From positions 101,062-165,061 of IMG/VR virus record IMGVR_UViG_3300028048_000055: a stretch of DNA of 64,000 bases. One strand, written 5' to 3'. Source of the stretch: a virus (lineage: Duplodnaviria; Caudoviricetes). The position numbers were made by a program, and so were the translations under genes. Below the pieces are notes generated by a model that saw only the letters and a program-made list of their open reading frames with translations, made no database searches and was not told where the DNA came from. Positions 9,780-19,358 of the stretch are shown piece by piece. Within the stretch, counting starts at the first letter, position 1, and every line of letters begins with the position of its first letter.

Positions 9780-10154
9780 ATGCAAGGATTTGAAGTAAAA
9801 TTACCAGATTCAGCAAAGACTTATCTTTTTGATATCAGTTTCTTCGATAAAGATAAAGGTGAGTGGAATGATGAACTTAAAGTTAGGGCCAAAAGAATTA
9901 CAAATGAAAGGTTTATTCATTTTGACGAATTTACAGATTTCTATGTAAGTAAGTTCTTTGATGAACATCCGGACGGATTTTATTGTGATATAGTAATTAA
10001 ATTCTATGATAATGAACTTAAAGAAGTTTGCTATCAAAAAGAATTTAAAAATCGTTGGCTTTATATTGAAGAAATTAATGATTTAAATCAATATGATGAG
10101 TGTAAGTTATTTCGTGTTGTCGATATAGAATATTCTAAACGTAGACAATTTTAA
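9780..10154 (+). CDS. hypothetical protein
   Basis: SD AAGGA. Confidence 0.55.
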   Translation: MQGFEVKLPDSAKTYLFDISFFDKDKGEWNDELKVRAKRITNERFIHFDEFTDFYVSKFFDEHPDGFYCDIVIKFYDNELKEVCYQKEFKNRWLYIEEINDLNQYDECKLFRVVDIEYSKRRQF

Positions 10155-10170
10155 TTAACCTAAACACTAA

Positions 10171-10178
10171 TATAAATA
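10171..10178 (+). promoter_or_regulatory. T4-type late promoter TATAAATA
   Basis: Exact consensus in the intergenic region before the glycosyltransferase cluster. Confidence 0.7.
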
Positions 10179-10208
10179 GTATAAAAGTATAACAGATTGT
10201 GATTAATT

Positions 10209-10778
10209 ATGAAACGTAAATGTGTATTAGGTGTCTTGAAGACTGAAGCTGGTCTCGAGATTAAAAAAGAAATGTTAGAGTGGTTAGAACCGATTTATGA
10301 TGTAACTTTGGTTGAAGTCGATCCGCCTAACGATAAAGAATTTGAATTACCATTTATTAAAAAAGCTTGTGAAGTCTCTATAGAAAATAACGAACCTGTT
10401 TTATATTTGCATACAAAAGGTGCAGCAATGCCCAATAATGCACAGCCAGTTGTTAGAGATTTCTGGAAGCATGAATTTACTGAAAAAGTTGACCAATATT
10501 TTAATGCAGTTAATGGCGACAAAGCCTTAGCTTCTGCTCCTATTGTAGGAAGTCAGAATCCTATTTGTTGGTTCAATGGTTTTGTCATGAATTCTTCTGC
10601 CGCAAAACAAATTTTAGAAAAACTATCCGTTCATGAAGACAGATATTGGTTCGAACAACAAATGCTAAAAGAATCAAGTGTTTCTACATTTGGACTTTAT
10701 GATTCTAATGCTGAAGATGGAAATCGTGCATGGCGTAGTTTCTGTTACTGGTATCAAACACAATATGGAGTAAAGTAA
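10209..10778 (+). CDS. putative glycosyltransferase-like protein
   Basis: VLYLHTKG motif, W-F-N-G-F-V and R-Y-W-F-E motifs; adjacent to GT-A genes. Confidence 0.55.
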   Translation: MKRKCVLGVLKTEAGLEIKKEMLEWLEPIYDVTLVEVDPPNDKEFELPFIKKACEVSIENNEPVLYLHTKGAAMPNNAQPVVRDFWKHEFTEKVDQYFNAVNGDKALASAPIVGSQNPICWFNGFVMNSSAAKQILEKLSVHEDRYWFEQQMLKESSVSTFGLYDSNAEDGNRAWRSFCYWYQTQYGVK

Positions 10779-11728
10779 TGTATTCTGATTTTATAGTAAC
10801 AATGGCTACAATTCCTGAACGTTTTGAAATGCTTAAAAAGAATATATATAGTATTTTAAAACAAGAAGATGTAATATTTGATAAATTATTAATTGTTGTT
10901 AATAAATATAATTCTGAAGATATTTTAAAAAAATATGATGAAATTAAAGCAATTTCACCAAAATATATTGATGTAGTTCTTGGTGATAATAAATGGAAAA
11001 GTTGCAATAAAGCAATTTATCCAATTTTACATAATCCAGATAAAACATTTATTACAGTTGATGATGACATCAATTATTATCCACATGCATTATATGATTT
11101 ATTAGAAATGCATGAAAAATATCCAAATTATATTATTACACATGAAACTAATCCAGTTCGTATAACAGATTTAGATTTTGTAGAATATTTTAATACATGG
11201 CAAACAAAATTTAAACAATGTTGTTATGATAAATATTTAACTTGTTGTTGTTTATTTCCAGCACATACATTTGATAATACTGATGTTTTAAATTATGATA
11301 AAATGATAGAATTAACAAATGGCATGCATGATGAATTATGGTTATGGGTTAATAGTACTATTAAAGGAATTAAATCTATTTGTTTAAATCATACATTGAC
11401 ATTTGTTTTAGATAATGTTATAACACAAGATAATAATGCATTAGGTTCTATAAATGGTTTACCAGAAAAATTAATTGAATATAATTTAAAAATTAATGCT
11501 TTATATGGTAAGCAGCTTGCTCAAGTATTAAAATCAAATACTATAGATTTTATTGTAACTGAAAATAATTTTTATGGAATATTATGTATGATGAATCAAC
11601 TTATTTCAATTTATAAAAATTATAAAAAAATGATATTTGATGTATCAGCTTTGGCAAAAAGTTATCAAACAATATTTACAAATAATATACAACAATTTTC
11701 ATCAATTTGTGAAGTAAAATATGAATGA
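10778..11728 (+). CDS. GT-A fold glycosyltransferase
   Basis: IVTMATIPER N-terminus, ITVDDDINY (DxD), LFP and HDELW motifs. Confidence 0.75.
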   Translation: MYSDFIVTMATIPERFEMLKKNIYSILKQEDVIFDKLLIVVNKYNSEDILKKYDEIKAISPKYIDVVLGDNKWKSCNKAIYPILHNPDKTFITVDDDINYYPHALYDLLEMHEKYPNYIITHETNPVRITDLDFVEYFNTWQTKFKQCCYDKYLTCCCLFPAHTFDNTDVLNYDKMIELTNGMHDELWLWVNSTIKGIKSICLNHTLTFVLDNVITQDNNALGSINGLPEKLIEYNLKINALYGKQLAQVLKSNTIDFIVTENNFYGILCMMNQLISIYKNYKKMIFDVSALAKSYQTIFTNNIQQFSSICEVKYE

Positions 11729-12401
11729 TTTAGACGTAATTGTTAGTTTAACTACTTGGAAAGGTAGAATAAATGATAAATCTGTTAGACAAGTATTATA
11801 TCGTTTAGTTGCACAACAACAAACTCAATACAAATATAAAGTAGTATTAGTATTATCACGAGAAGAATTTGGCGATGATTTTGTTGTCCCGGAAGATTTA
11901 CAATTATTTGAAACTACTGGCAGATTTGAAATTTTGTGGACTTATGATAACACAAGAGCACTTAAAAAGTTAACTCCTACTATGGAGAAATATCCAGAAT
12001 TACCAATTATTACATTAGATGATGATGAACTTGTTACTGAAGATTGTATTGAAAAAGTAATGCAAGAACATAGACAAAATCCAAATGTTATATTAGGTGG
12101 TTCAGTTCGTGCTGCATTTGGGGTTACTCTTGCATGTATGATTAGATTATTTCCTCCACATAGTTTAAAACAAATTCCTATTGAATACTTTAAAACTTAT
12201 TTTAATTGTATGCAAGATGATGAATGGAATGGTATTTGTGCAAGACTTAATGGAACATCTATGCAACAATTAAAAGCTCAAGTTGTAATAAATTATAATT
12301 TTGGTGATCAAAAAAATGCATTTAACTATATATATCGTAAATTTGATTATCAATCTGCTATAAATAAATTTTTTACAGAACATCCTGAGTATAATAAATA
12401 A
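11721..12401 (+). CDS. GT-A fold glycosyltransferase
   Basis: VIVSLTTWKGR, KKLTPT, IITLDDD, LFPPHSL, QDDEW. Confidence 0.75.
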   Translation: MNDLDVIVSLTTWKGRINDKSVRQVLYRLVAQQQTQYKYKVVLVLSREEFGDDFVVPEDLQLFETTGRFEILWTYDNTRALKKLTPTMEKYPELPIITLDDDELVTEDCIEKVMQEHRQNPNVILGGSVRAAFGVTLACMIRLFPPHSLKQIPIEYFKTYFNCMQDDEWNGICARLNGTSMQQLKAQVVINYNFGDQKNAFNYIYRKFDYQSAINKFFTEHPEYNK

Positions 12402-12407
12402 AATAGT

Positions 12408-12653
12408 ATGAATTATCTAGCATCGCATCCAGCATTTACAAATGGTAGTGCAAATATTGGAAGGTTCGATGGCATTACGGGTAAACTTCATGTTTTTAAA
12501 GCAATCGCGGTTCTTTATGGTGGATTGGCTTATTGGGAATGTGAACAAGAATATGACGTCGAAGCACCTAACGACGATATCGTTCAGCAACTTTATCAAA
12601 TGAAAAGACTCGTAGAGCATATTAAAGAAGAACCTATTGCAAAAGAAACGTAG
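12408..12653 (+). CDS. hypothetical protein
   Basis: Packed ORF. Confidence 0.5.
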   Translation: MNYLASHPAFTNGSANIGRFDGITGKLHVFKAIAVLYGGLAYWECEQEYDVEAPNDDIVQQLYQMKRLVEHIKEEPIAKET

Positions 12654-12656
12654 AAA

Positions 12657-13031
12657 ATGATTATTACTATTGGTGGAATTGCATTTGTAACATTTATTAT
12701 ATCATTTATACTATTTTTTATATTCGCAATTTGTTATGCTGTTACCAAAGATAAAGTAGCAAAATTTTTTGATACACTTTGTAATATTTTTGCAGTTATA
12801 GCTTGTATGGGTATTATTACTGCACCAATTTGTTTTTGTATCGGTTCTGATGAACTCACAAAGCAACATCTTGAAGCTTTGAAAACAGGATGGCGAAGAC
12901 AGGACATTGAAAATAAATGTTTGAATGATACTACTGATACATGCAAATATAAATGGCATCAATATTGGGCAGATAGTATTAAGACTGAACTTGAAGTTAA
13001 GGCAATAGAAGCCAAGGAAGCAATAAAGTAA
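12657..13031 (+). CDS. membrane protein (2 TM)
   Basis: Two hydrophobic segments. Confidence 0.6.
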   Translation: MIITIGGIAFVTFIISFILFFIFAICYAVTKDKVAKFFDTLCNIFAVIACMGIITAPICFCIGSDELTKQHLEALKTGWRRQDIENKCLNDTTDTCKYKWHQYWADSIKTELEVKAIEAKEAIK

Positions 13032-13049
13032 TAAACAAGAGGAAAAACA

Positions 13050-13760
13050 ATGATTAAAGTATGGCAAATGCATAAATTTAATAAGGTGAAAAAAGCAGTC
13101 GTTATGGAACCTATTGGTTCATGGGGCGATGAAGAAATGAAGTTTACCGATTACTTTCGTATTGAAGCTACAGTAGAAGAATACGATAATGATGTAAGTG
13201 TTAATGTCTATTGGCGAGAACCGGAACGTAATCATGATATTGTTCCGTTTAATGTTCTTATTGATTTAGACCAGCATATTACTCATATGTATACGGGTAA
13301 TCATAATGTTAGTGAAATGATAAAACTTGTTCGTACTGATGCTATTGCTGCATATAAGCAATATATAAATGTAAAGGAAATTTTGATGACTTCACCTTAT
13401 CTTGCAAGTTTTAATTGCACATCCTATAGCGGGTCTGGCCTTAACGTTCGTTTAAAGCCATACGATTTAGAACGTTATATTACAGCTGTAGCAGATGAAG
13501 ATTCTTTTGCAAAGCGAGCAGTGAAAGAACATCCTAACGCTATTGCTGAATATAAGAAAAGTATCTTAAAGGAATTTAGTACTTGGACAACAGTAAATGC
13601 TGATGAGCCGAATCTTTTATTTGATACATTTAATACTTGGTATACAAATAAATATTTGCCGGAGCTTGAACTTGAAGCAAGAAATAAGGAATGTAAAGAT
13701 ACACTTGATGCAATCCAAAGACTCAAAGATGAAAGAGAAGCAAAAAAGAAATCTAATTAA
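13050..13760 (+). CDS. hypothetical protein
   Basis: SD GAGG; 236 aa. Confidence 0.65.
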   Translation: MIKVWQMHKFNKVKKAVVMEPIGSWGDEEMKFTDYFRIEATVEEYDNDVSVNVYWREPERNHDIVPFNVLIDLDQHITHMYTGNHNVSEMIKLVRTDAIAAYKQYINVKEILMTSPYLASFNCTSYSGSGLNVRLKPYDLERYITAVADEDSFAKRAVKEHPNAIAEYKKSILKEFSTWTTVNADEPNLLFDTFNTWYTNKYLPELELEARNKECKDTLDAIQRLKDEREAKKKSN

Positions 13761-13761
13761 A

Positions 13762-13790
13762 ATAAAAGAGGTTTTAAAACCTCTTTTTAT
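13762..13790. terminator. bidirectional intrinsic terminator
   Basis: aaaagaggtt-ttaa-aacctctttt between convergent genes. Confidence 0.75.
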
Positions 13791-14350
13791 TTAAATTTTG
13801 CAAATATTGGTCGATTATCTTTTTCGTATCGTAAAATTAATTTCATATTCTTGATACTGACAAGAGTCGGAAACCATGCTTTCATAAAGAAGTCATATTG
13901 CTCATCAGTCATATAATCAATTCCATTATAGATTACTAAATGATATGAAGGGCCATGTATACATGCTTCAAGCATATCATTACATGAAATTTTTGAACCA
14001 TTACTAAGTACTATGCAATAGTCATTTTCATATGTAACAGAAATAAAATTATCTTTCATTGCATTAAGACGATTTATTACATGTTTGACATAAGATTTTA
14101 TTAAACCCATTTTTGACTCTACATGAATCGGTGCGCCGAAACATATATGTTTATTAGGATTTACTATCGCATACCAGATGGCATATAAATCTGTTTCATC
14201 ACCATCGAGATACTTATTTTGAATTTTTACTGCAATGTGTTGCTTAGTCTGATATTCTCTAACCCATTCTTCTTGATATTTTGTTGGAATAATTCCGAAA
14301 AACTCAGTTATAAAATTTATCGGATCTGATAAGACATCGCTTAAATTCAT
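13787..14350 (-). CDS. degenerate terminase large-subunit ATPase-domain paralog (gp17-like)
   Basis: DPINF, YQ motif, LSNGSKI, IHGPSYHLVIY and FPTLVS align by eye with the T4 gp17 N-domain; Walker A/B residues missing; SD GAGGTG. Confidence 0.6.
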   Translation of the reverse strand: MNLSDVLSDPINFITEFFGIIPTKYQEEWVREYQTKQHIAVKIQNKYLDGDETDLYAIWYAIVNPNKHICFGAPIHVESKMGLIKSYVKHVINRLNAMKDNFISVTYENDYCIVLSNGSKISCNDMLEACIHGPSYHLVIYNGIDYMTDEQYDFFMKAWFPTLVSIKNMKLILRYEKDNRPIFAKFK

Positions 14351-14382
14351 ATATTCACCTCAATTTTATAATATATTTATGG

Positions 14383-14411
14383 TTTACGAAACCAGAAATT
14401 TTTACTATATT
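14383..14411 (+). promoter_or_regulatory. sigma70-type early promoter TTTACG-N17-TATATT
   Basis: One of 13 copies of this promoter class with exact 17-nt spacing. Confidence 0.7.
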
Positions 14412-14419
14412 TAAAATTG

Positions 14420-15064
14420 ATGAAAGACCGAAACAAAATAGATTCAATTTTTAAACGATATCGAAATTACATTCCTTCTCTTTTCGGAGAAGTTAATGCT
14501 TATTATTATAATGAATGTGGTGATAGTATTATTAAAGAAGATACCAATACCGATATAACTAATGATATCGGTTTAGCTTATAATAATATCTATAATTTAT
14601 ATCCTTCTAATAAAAGTTATAGTCGTTGCACTTGGATTAAAGATAATTGTTTCGTTTTAAAACGTTTTTTCCAGAAAGATGATAAAGTTAAAAACGGTGA
14701 CTTGTTAGCTATTACTATTACACCATATGATAAGAATATTCAAAGGCAGCTTGAAGCTTATAGACAGATTCTTATTAAAATTGCACAATTAAAAGCACAA
14801 AGAGAAGAAATTGAAAAAGAACCCATATGGTTTGCTCCAAGTTCTAATTTTGAAAAATATTTAAGTTTTGTTAAGCAATTTAGTCCAAATTTGCTTAAGA
14901 GTTTAACTACTCCAGGTGAGCGTGCTAAACTTGAACATGATGCTAAACTTGCTGTATGTTGTCATGAACTTGGTGAAATGCTTCTTAAAAAAGATAGACA
15001 AAGAACACAATTAATTAATATCTGGAAAAAAGAAAAAGCTAATCTGATGAGGTACGTAGCATGA
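14420..15064 (+). CDS. hypothetical protein with lipoyl/biotinyl-like hairpin and coiled coil
   Basis: FFQKDDKVKNGDLL; start may be TTG 14417. Confidence 0.55.
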   Translation: MKDRNKIDSIFKRYRNYIPSLFGEVNAYYYNECGDSIIKEDTNTDITNDIGLAYNNIYNLYPSNKSYSRCTWIKDNCFVLKRFFQKDDKVKNGDLLAITITPYDKNIQRQLEAYRQILIKIAQLKAQREEIEKEPIWFAPSSNFEKYLSFVKQFSPNLLKSLTTPGERAKLEHDAKLAVCCHELGEMLLKKDRQRTQLINIWKKEKANLMRYVA

Positions 15065-15333
15065 CAGTTGACGTTATAGTATGGTTAATTTTATTAATTG
15101 TTATTAGTCTATCAGTTTTAATTGGCTTATGGGTATTATTTGATATTTTTGGAAATGATTGTGATGGCATTAAAGAAATATGGGATGATTTTTCTAGTTT
15201 TCTAGAATTTATTGTTGATTTCATTTTTGATTATTTTTCAGGTAGGAAACAAGCAAAACTAGATGCTGCCCGTAAACATAAACGTAAAGTAAAAGATTTA
15301 TATTATTCATTTTTAGGATATAAGGTAAAATAG
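15061..15333 (+). CDS. single-TM membrane protein (paralog family)
   Basis: N-terminal TM; C-terminal VKDLYYSFLGYK. Confidence 0.6.
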   Translation: MTVDVIVWLILLIVISLSVLIGLWVLFDIFGNDCDGIKEIWDDFSSFLEFIVDFIFDYFSGRKQAKLDAARKHKRKVKDLYYSFLGYKVK

Positions 15334-15335
15334 CT

Positions 15336-15536
15336 ATGGCAGATGATCCTTTAGCAGTATTATTATTGACTTTTATTATTCTAGGTTCTATTTTCGTTTT
15401 ACCTGCGATTGCTGAAACGATTGGTTTAATAATTGCAGATGGCGTAAATGCAACTAATAAGAAAAAGTTTGAATATCATCAGAAAGTTTCAAAACTTACT
15501 AAGGAATTCCTTAACTTTAAACGTGAGGTAAAGTAA
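15336..15536 (+). CDS. single-TM membrane protein (paralog family)
   Basis: N-terminal TM; C-terminal VSKLTKEFLNFK. Confidence 0.6.
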   Translation: MADDPLAVLLLTFIILGSIFVLPAIAETIGLIIADGVNATNKKKFEYHQKVSKLTKEFLNFKREVK

Positions 15537-15796
15537 TGTTAGATTCTATTGAACTAAATGAAACTACAATGGGAATTGCTATTGCTATCTGGATGTTTGT
15601 GGGCGGATTTATTGCAGCCTGTTTTTTCGATATGATGGAAGGCGATTATTGGATGTTTAACTGGCCTATTAGACTCTATAAGTATTTTAGCGATAAACAT
15701 TATAATAAAAAATATCAGAGAGAAAAAGCTAGAATAATAAGGCGAGACCGTCTTAGTCAAGTTTATAGAAATTTTTTAAGTTTTAAAGGAAATTAA
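15536..15796 (+). CDS. single-TM membrane protein (paralog family)
   Basis: N-terminal TM; C-terminal LSQVYRNFLSFK. Confidence 0.6.
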   Translation: MLDSIELNETTMGIAIAIWMFVGGFIAACFFDMMEGDYWMFNWPIRLYKYFSDKHYNKKYQREKARIIRRDRLSQVYRNFLSFKGN

Positions 15797-15798
15797 TT

Positions 15799-16266
15799 AT
15801 GAAAACAATTAGAGAAAATACATTTGAAACTAACTCTTCTTCCTGTCATACTTTAATTATCGTATCAAAGGAAGAATTTGAAGCTGTCAAGAATTGCGAT
15901 TATCTTATTTATTATCGTAAGATTATTCCGGCTGAACAAGCCTATAAGGAAACAATGGAAGAACTCGAACAGCTTGAAGAAAAGATGTCCGCCTCTTATC
16001 GTGCTACTTATAAGAATGAACTTACCTTTGATGTCTTTAAGGAAATTCTTAAAAAGTTCAATGAATGGAGTTTGACTTATAGTAATCGGCATGACGCATA
16101 TGCAGGTCCAATCGAAGATAATGAAACTGCTGTTACCGCAGGATTGCCTGAAGAATATGACACATTCAAAACCTATGGTGGCGAATACTATGAAACCTAT
16201 TCCGAAACTTTCACTACCAAGTCCGGTGATGAAATTGTTGCATTCGGCTATTATGGACATGACTAA
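15799..16266 (+). CDS. FETNSSS-leader protein 1
   Basis: MKTIRENTFETNSSSCH. Confidence 0.75.
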   Translation: MKTIRENTFETNSSSCHTLIIVSKEEFEAVKNCDYLIYYRKIIPAEQAYKETMEELEQLEEKMSASYRATYKNELTFDVFKEILKKFNEWSLTYSNRHDAYAGPIEDNETAVTAGLPEEYDTFKTYGGEYYETYSETFTTKSGDEIVAFGYYGHD

Positions 16267-16770
16267 ATGAAAACTATTAGACAAAATACATTTGAAACAA
16301 ATTCATCTTCTTGTCATGTAATCACGGTTCTAACTGACAGTGAACTTGAAATGCTGCAGAAGGGCGAATTGCTTTTAATGGTTTATAAAAGCCAAGGAGA
16401 TAAAGTTCTTACTAAGCCCCTTACGCAGTGGAGATTTAGATATGAAATTCAAGAATGTCAGTGCTGTTATGACTATGAAACTGGTGAAAGAAAGTGGGTT
16501 GATATAGAACGACCTATTATTGATGCATTGTCAGAAGTACTTTGGACTTTACTTATAGAAAATACAAAGGCGCCAGTTGAAAATTTCGAAAATAAGCTTA
16601 ATGATATTTTTGATAAGTTTAACTTAGATGTAAGTTTTATAACCGCAGTAAAAGATTTTATAAATTATATTGAAGGTAGCTATTTTGTACGCGATGTTAC
16701 TGAAAATATGGTAAAATATGGCTCTGGTTATAATACAATGAATTTTAGTTGTCATGAGGTAGAATGCTAA
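16267..16770 (+). CDS. FETNSSS-leader protein 2
   Basis: MKTIRQNTFETNSSSCH. Confidence 0.75.
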   Translation: MKTIRQNTFETNSSSCHVITVLTDSELEMLQKGELLLMVYKSQGDKVLTKPLTQWRFRYEIQECQCCYDYETGERKWVDIERPIIDALSEVLWTLLIENTKAPVENFENKLNDIFDKFNLDVSFITAVKDFINYIEGSYFVRDVTENMVKYGSGYNTMNFSCHEVEC

Positions 16771-17228
16771 TGAAAACGATTAGACAAAATACATTTGAAA
16801 CTAATTCAAGTTCTTGCCATGTTCTTACTGTTGCGGATCAGGCTGAATATGATTTGGTCAAAAATAATCAGGCAGTAATTTATGTTCCTGTCTATCATTC
16901 TCAATCTGAAGATGTTTATGAGTCTGTAATTCTTACTAAGGAAGGTTTTCTTTCTGTTATAGAAAAACAGGTCGGTGAACAGTATGAAACATATTCTACA
17001 TTCTTTGAAGAATCGTGGAATATTATGTTTATGCCTGGTTGTTATGATGATCAGCTCGAAGAACTTGCAGTAAAATACAAGGTTCCATGCGATATCAAGC
17101 AAAAAGTAGAAGATATCATTTGGCACAGCACTCATGAAGAAGGTCAGATTGAAATTCTTAATGATGCAATTAAGAAGGAAGTCAACGGTTCTACCGTATA
17201 TGTAAGTTGTTGGTCTAAATACTGCTAA
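16770..17228 (+). CDS. FETNSSS-leader protein 3
   Basis: MKTIRQNTFETNSSSCH; start revised to 16770 (TAATG). Confidence 0.75.
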   Translation: MKTIRQNTFETNSSSCHVLTVADQAEYDLVKNNQAVIYVPVYHSQSEDVYESVILTKEGFLSVIEKQVGEQYETYSTFFEESWNIMFMPGCYDDQLEELAVKYKVPCDIKQKVEDIIWHSTHEEGQIEILNDAIKKEVNGSTVYVSCWSKYC

Positions 17229-18055
17229 TGAGATATTTGTATAATATGGAAATTGATAGAGAAATCACAGATCTTGGTCATCGATTAAAAGATATCGAAA
17301 AACAAATCGATTATATCAGGGATTGTACCGAAGCAGAACTTGCTAAGTGTGAGCAAGCTATTGATGACCGTATTGCTTATAATTCATATTATAGCCGTTT
17401 TGATCAACCCGCATTTTTAACGACAGACCGTGGATTTTATTGGAAATGGAAACCTGCTAAAAAAGAGTTTCGTGATTACAAACTTAATAAAATCTACAAT
17501 TTCTTTATCAGCTATGATGCAAATGATGACGGTATACGTATAAAGTGGCTTCCATTAGTTGAACGTATCAGGCATATCTGTGTAGATATTGGTAACGTAT
17601 ATTTTAACCATCATGAATCTATCATCGGTGAACATTGCTGTAGTATCTATATTGATAGGCCAACATTGATTAAGAACATATTTGTAAAACGCGATCAGGT
17701 TGTTAATCAAGGTGACGATGTTTATTCTGTCGAATATATCAATATCGATTCTAAGCTTGAAGAAATCTTGAATGATTCAAAACTAGAATATTTGCCGTAT
17801 GATAAATTTATAAAGCTGAATAAGTTTTATAACTGGTGTAAAGAAACTAATCGTCATGCCATTCTTGCAGCAAAAACAGTATGTGATTATCCGAGAATGT
17901 TAACTTCCACTGTTCAATTTGAAGAATTGTATAAAGATGCAATTGATTGCTATAAGACATATGATCCGCAATGTCTTATTAATGAAAATACAAGGACATA
18001 TAGAAACAGGCATGGACATGGGCATCTAAGACCAGGACCAACTGTAAGAATGTAG
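17228..18055 (+). CDS. hypothetical protein with lipoyl/biotinyl-like hairpin
   Basis: IKNIFVKRDQVVNQGDDV. Confidence 0.55.
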   Translation: MRYLYNMEIDREITDLGHRLKDIEKQIDYIRDCTEAELAKCEQAIDDRIAYNSYYSRFDQPAFLTTDRGFYWKWKPAKKEFRDYKLNKIYNFFISYDANDDGIRIKWLPLVERIRHICVDIGNVYFNHHESIIGEHCCSIYIDRPTLIKNIFVKRDQVVNQGDDVYSVEYINIDSKLEEILNDSKLEYLPYDKFIKLNKFYNWCKETNRHAILAAKTVCDYPRMLTSTVQFEELYKDAIDCYKTYDPQCLINENTRTYRNRHGHGHLRPGPTVRM

Positions 18056-18056
18056 G

Positions 18057-18085
18057 TTTACAAAAACCTGCATTTTTTCTATATT
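18057..18085 (+). promoter_or_regulatory. early promoter TTTACA-N17-TATATT, probably leaderless transcript
   Basis: ATG lies 7 nt after the -10 box, no SD. Confidence 0.7.
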
Positions 18086-18092
18086 ATAAGAT

Positions 18093-19358
18093 ATGGTATT
18101 TGAAACTTTTGATAAAACTGTTGCATCTGGTATGGACCTCTGCCGAGTAATCGTTCAGAAGGGTTATGAAGCCTATCTCGTTGGTGGTTGCGTTCGTGAT
18201 ATGATTATGCAAAGACTTGGTATGAGTGACAAGACTGATATTCATGATGTCGATATTGCTACTAACATGCCTATTGAACAGCTTCGGCATAACTTCAAGA
18301 CTGCAAGTAATAATGGTGAAGCACATGGCACAATTCTTGTAGAACATGACGGTATCTATTTCGAAGTTACACAGTTCAGAACTGATGGCATTTATTCTGA
18401 TGGTCGTCATCCTGATTCTGTAACTTTTACTAAGTCGTTCAAGGAAGATACTGCTCGTCGTGACTTTACTATCAATGCTATGGGTCTTGATTGCAACGGT
18501 GTCGTAATTGACCATCACAACGGTATTAAGTGCCTTCAGGATAAGGTTATCAATACTGTTGGTGATCCAGTTGAACGTTTTAGCGAAGATGCACTCCGTA
18601 TTATCAGAGCATATCGCTTTGCCGCAAGGTATAAGTTCGATATTACTCCTGAGATTCGTGAGGCTATTCGTAAGACTAAGTATAAGCTCGCAGATATCGC
18701 AATGGAACGTGTTTCTGATGAACTTAAGAAGTGCATGTCTTATGGCTATACTGAAATCGCTGCTATGGTCAGAATGATGAATACTGATGGTATTTTCCAG
18801 ATTATCGACCCTAAGGGCTATATTAACCCTGTCGAAGCTGAAAATATGCTCAGTACCCGTGCAGTTCGATTCGTAAATGGTATGGGAGGTGCTTATTCAC
18901 CTCTTGGTTCGCTCATATGCATGCTCTGGGGCTCTGATTTAAAAAATGCATATCAACACTATAAGTTAGAGCACGAGGTCTTCAGATGCGCCCAATGGTG
19001 CTTTAATCACCGTGATACTTATCGTAATCCGGATGCTGATATCGTTGATTCAGTTGAAATGATTGCTAATAAATATTTTAATCAGCTTTATGAGCTCGAA
19101 GATGCAATTAGTGGTTATCGTATACCTAAAAAGGCGATTGATGATTTCACTACAATCGCACCTATTGCATTCAAGAATCAAAACTTCCTTAGCGGTGTTC
19201 TTACTCATGCTGGATATCAGGGTAAAGAATTCGGTATTATGCTTCATAAACTTAAGAAATGGTATTATCATAGCTTAAGTACTGGATATGTTCCTGAAAC
19301 TCCGAAATCATTTATTAAAGACATTGAAGCAGCCCTTGCTGATATAAATAATAAATGA
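18093..19358 (+). CDS. cca: CCA tRNA nucleotidyltransferase (class II)
   Basis: YLVGGCVRD, DVDIAT, EVTQFR, RRDFTINAM, RFSEDALRIIRAYRF, ERVSDEL. Confidence 0.9.
   Translation: MVFETFDKTVASGMDLCRVIVQKGYEAYLVGGCVRDMIMQRLGMSDKTDIHDVDIATNMPIEQLRHNFKTASNNGEAHGTILVEHDGIYFEVTQFRTDGIYSDGRHPDSVTFTKSFKEDTARRDFTINAMGLDCNGVVIDHHNGIKCLQDKVINTVGDPVERFSEDALRIIRAYRFAARYKFDITPEIREAIRKTKYKLADIAMERVSDELKKCMSYGYTEIAAMVRMMNTDGIFQIIDPKGYINPVEAENMLSTRAVRFVNGMGGAYSPLGSLICMLWGSDLKNAYQHYKLEHEVFRCAQWCFNHRDTYRNPDADIVDSVEMIANKYFNQLYELEDAISGYRIPKKAIDDFTTIAPIAFKNQNFLSGVLTHAGYQGKEFGIMLHKLKKWYYHSLSTGYVPETPKSFIKDIEAALADINNK
19343..19350 (+). promoter_or_regulatory. late promoter TATAAATA
   Basis: 4 nt before ATG 19355. Confidence 0.65.
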
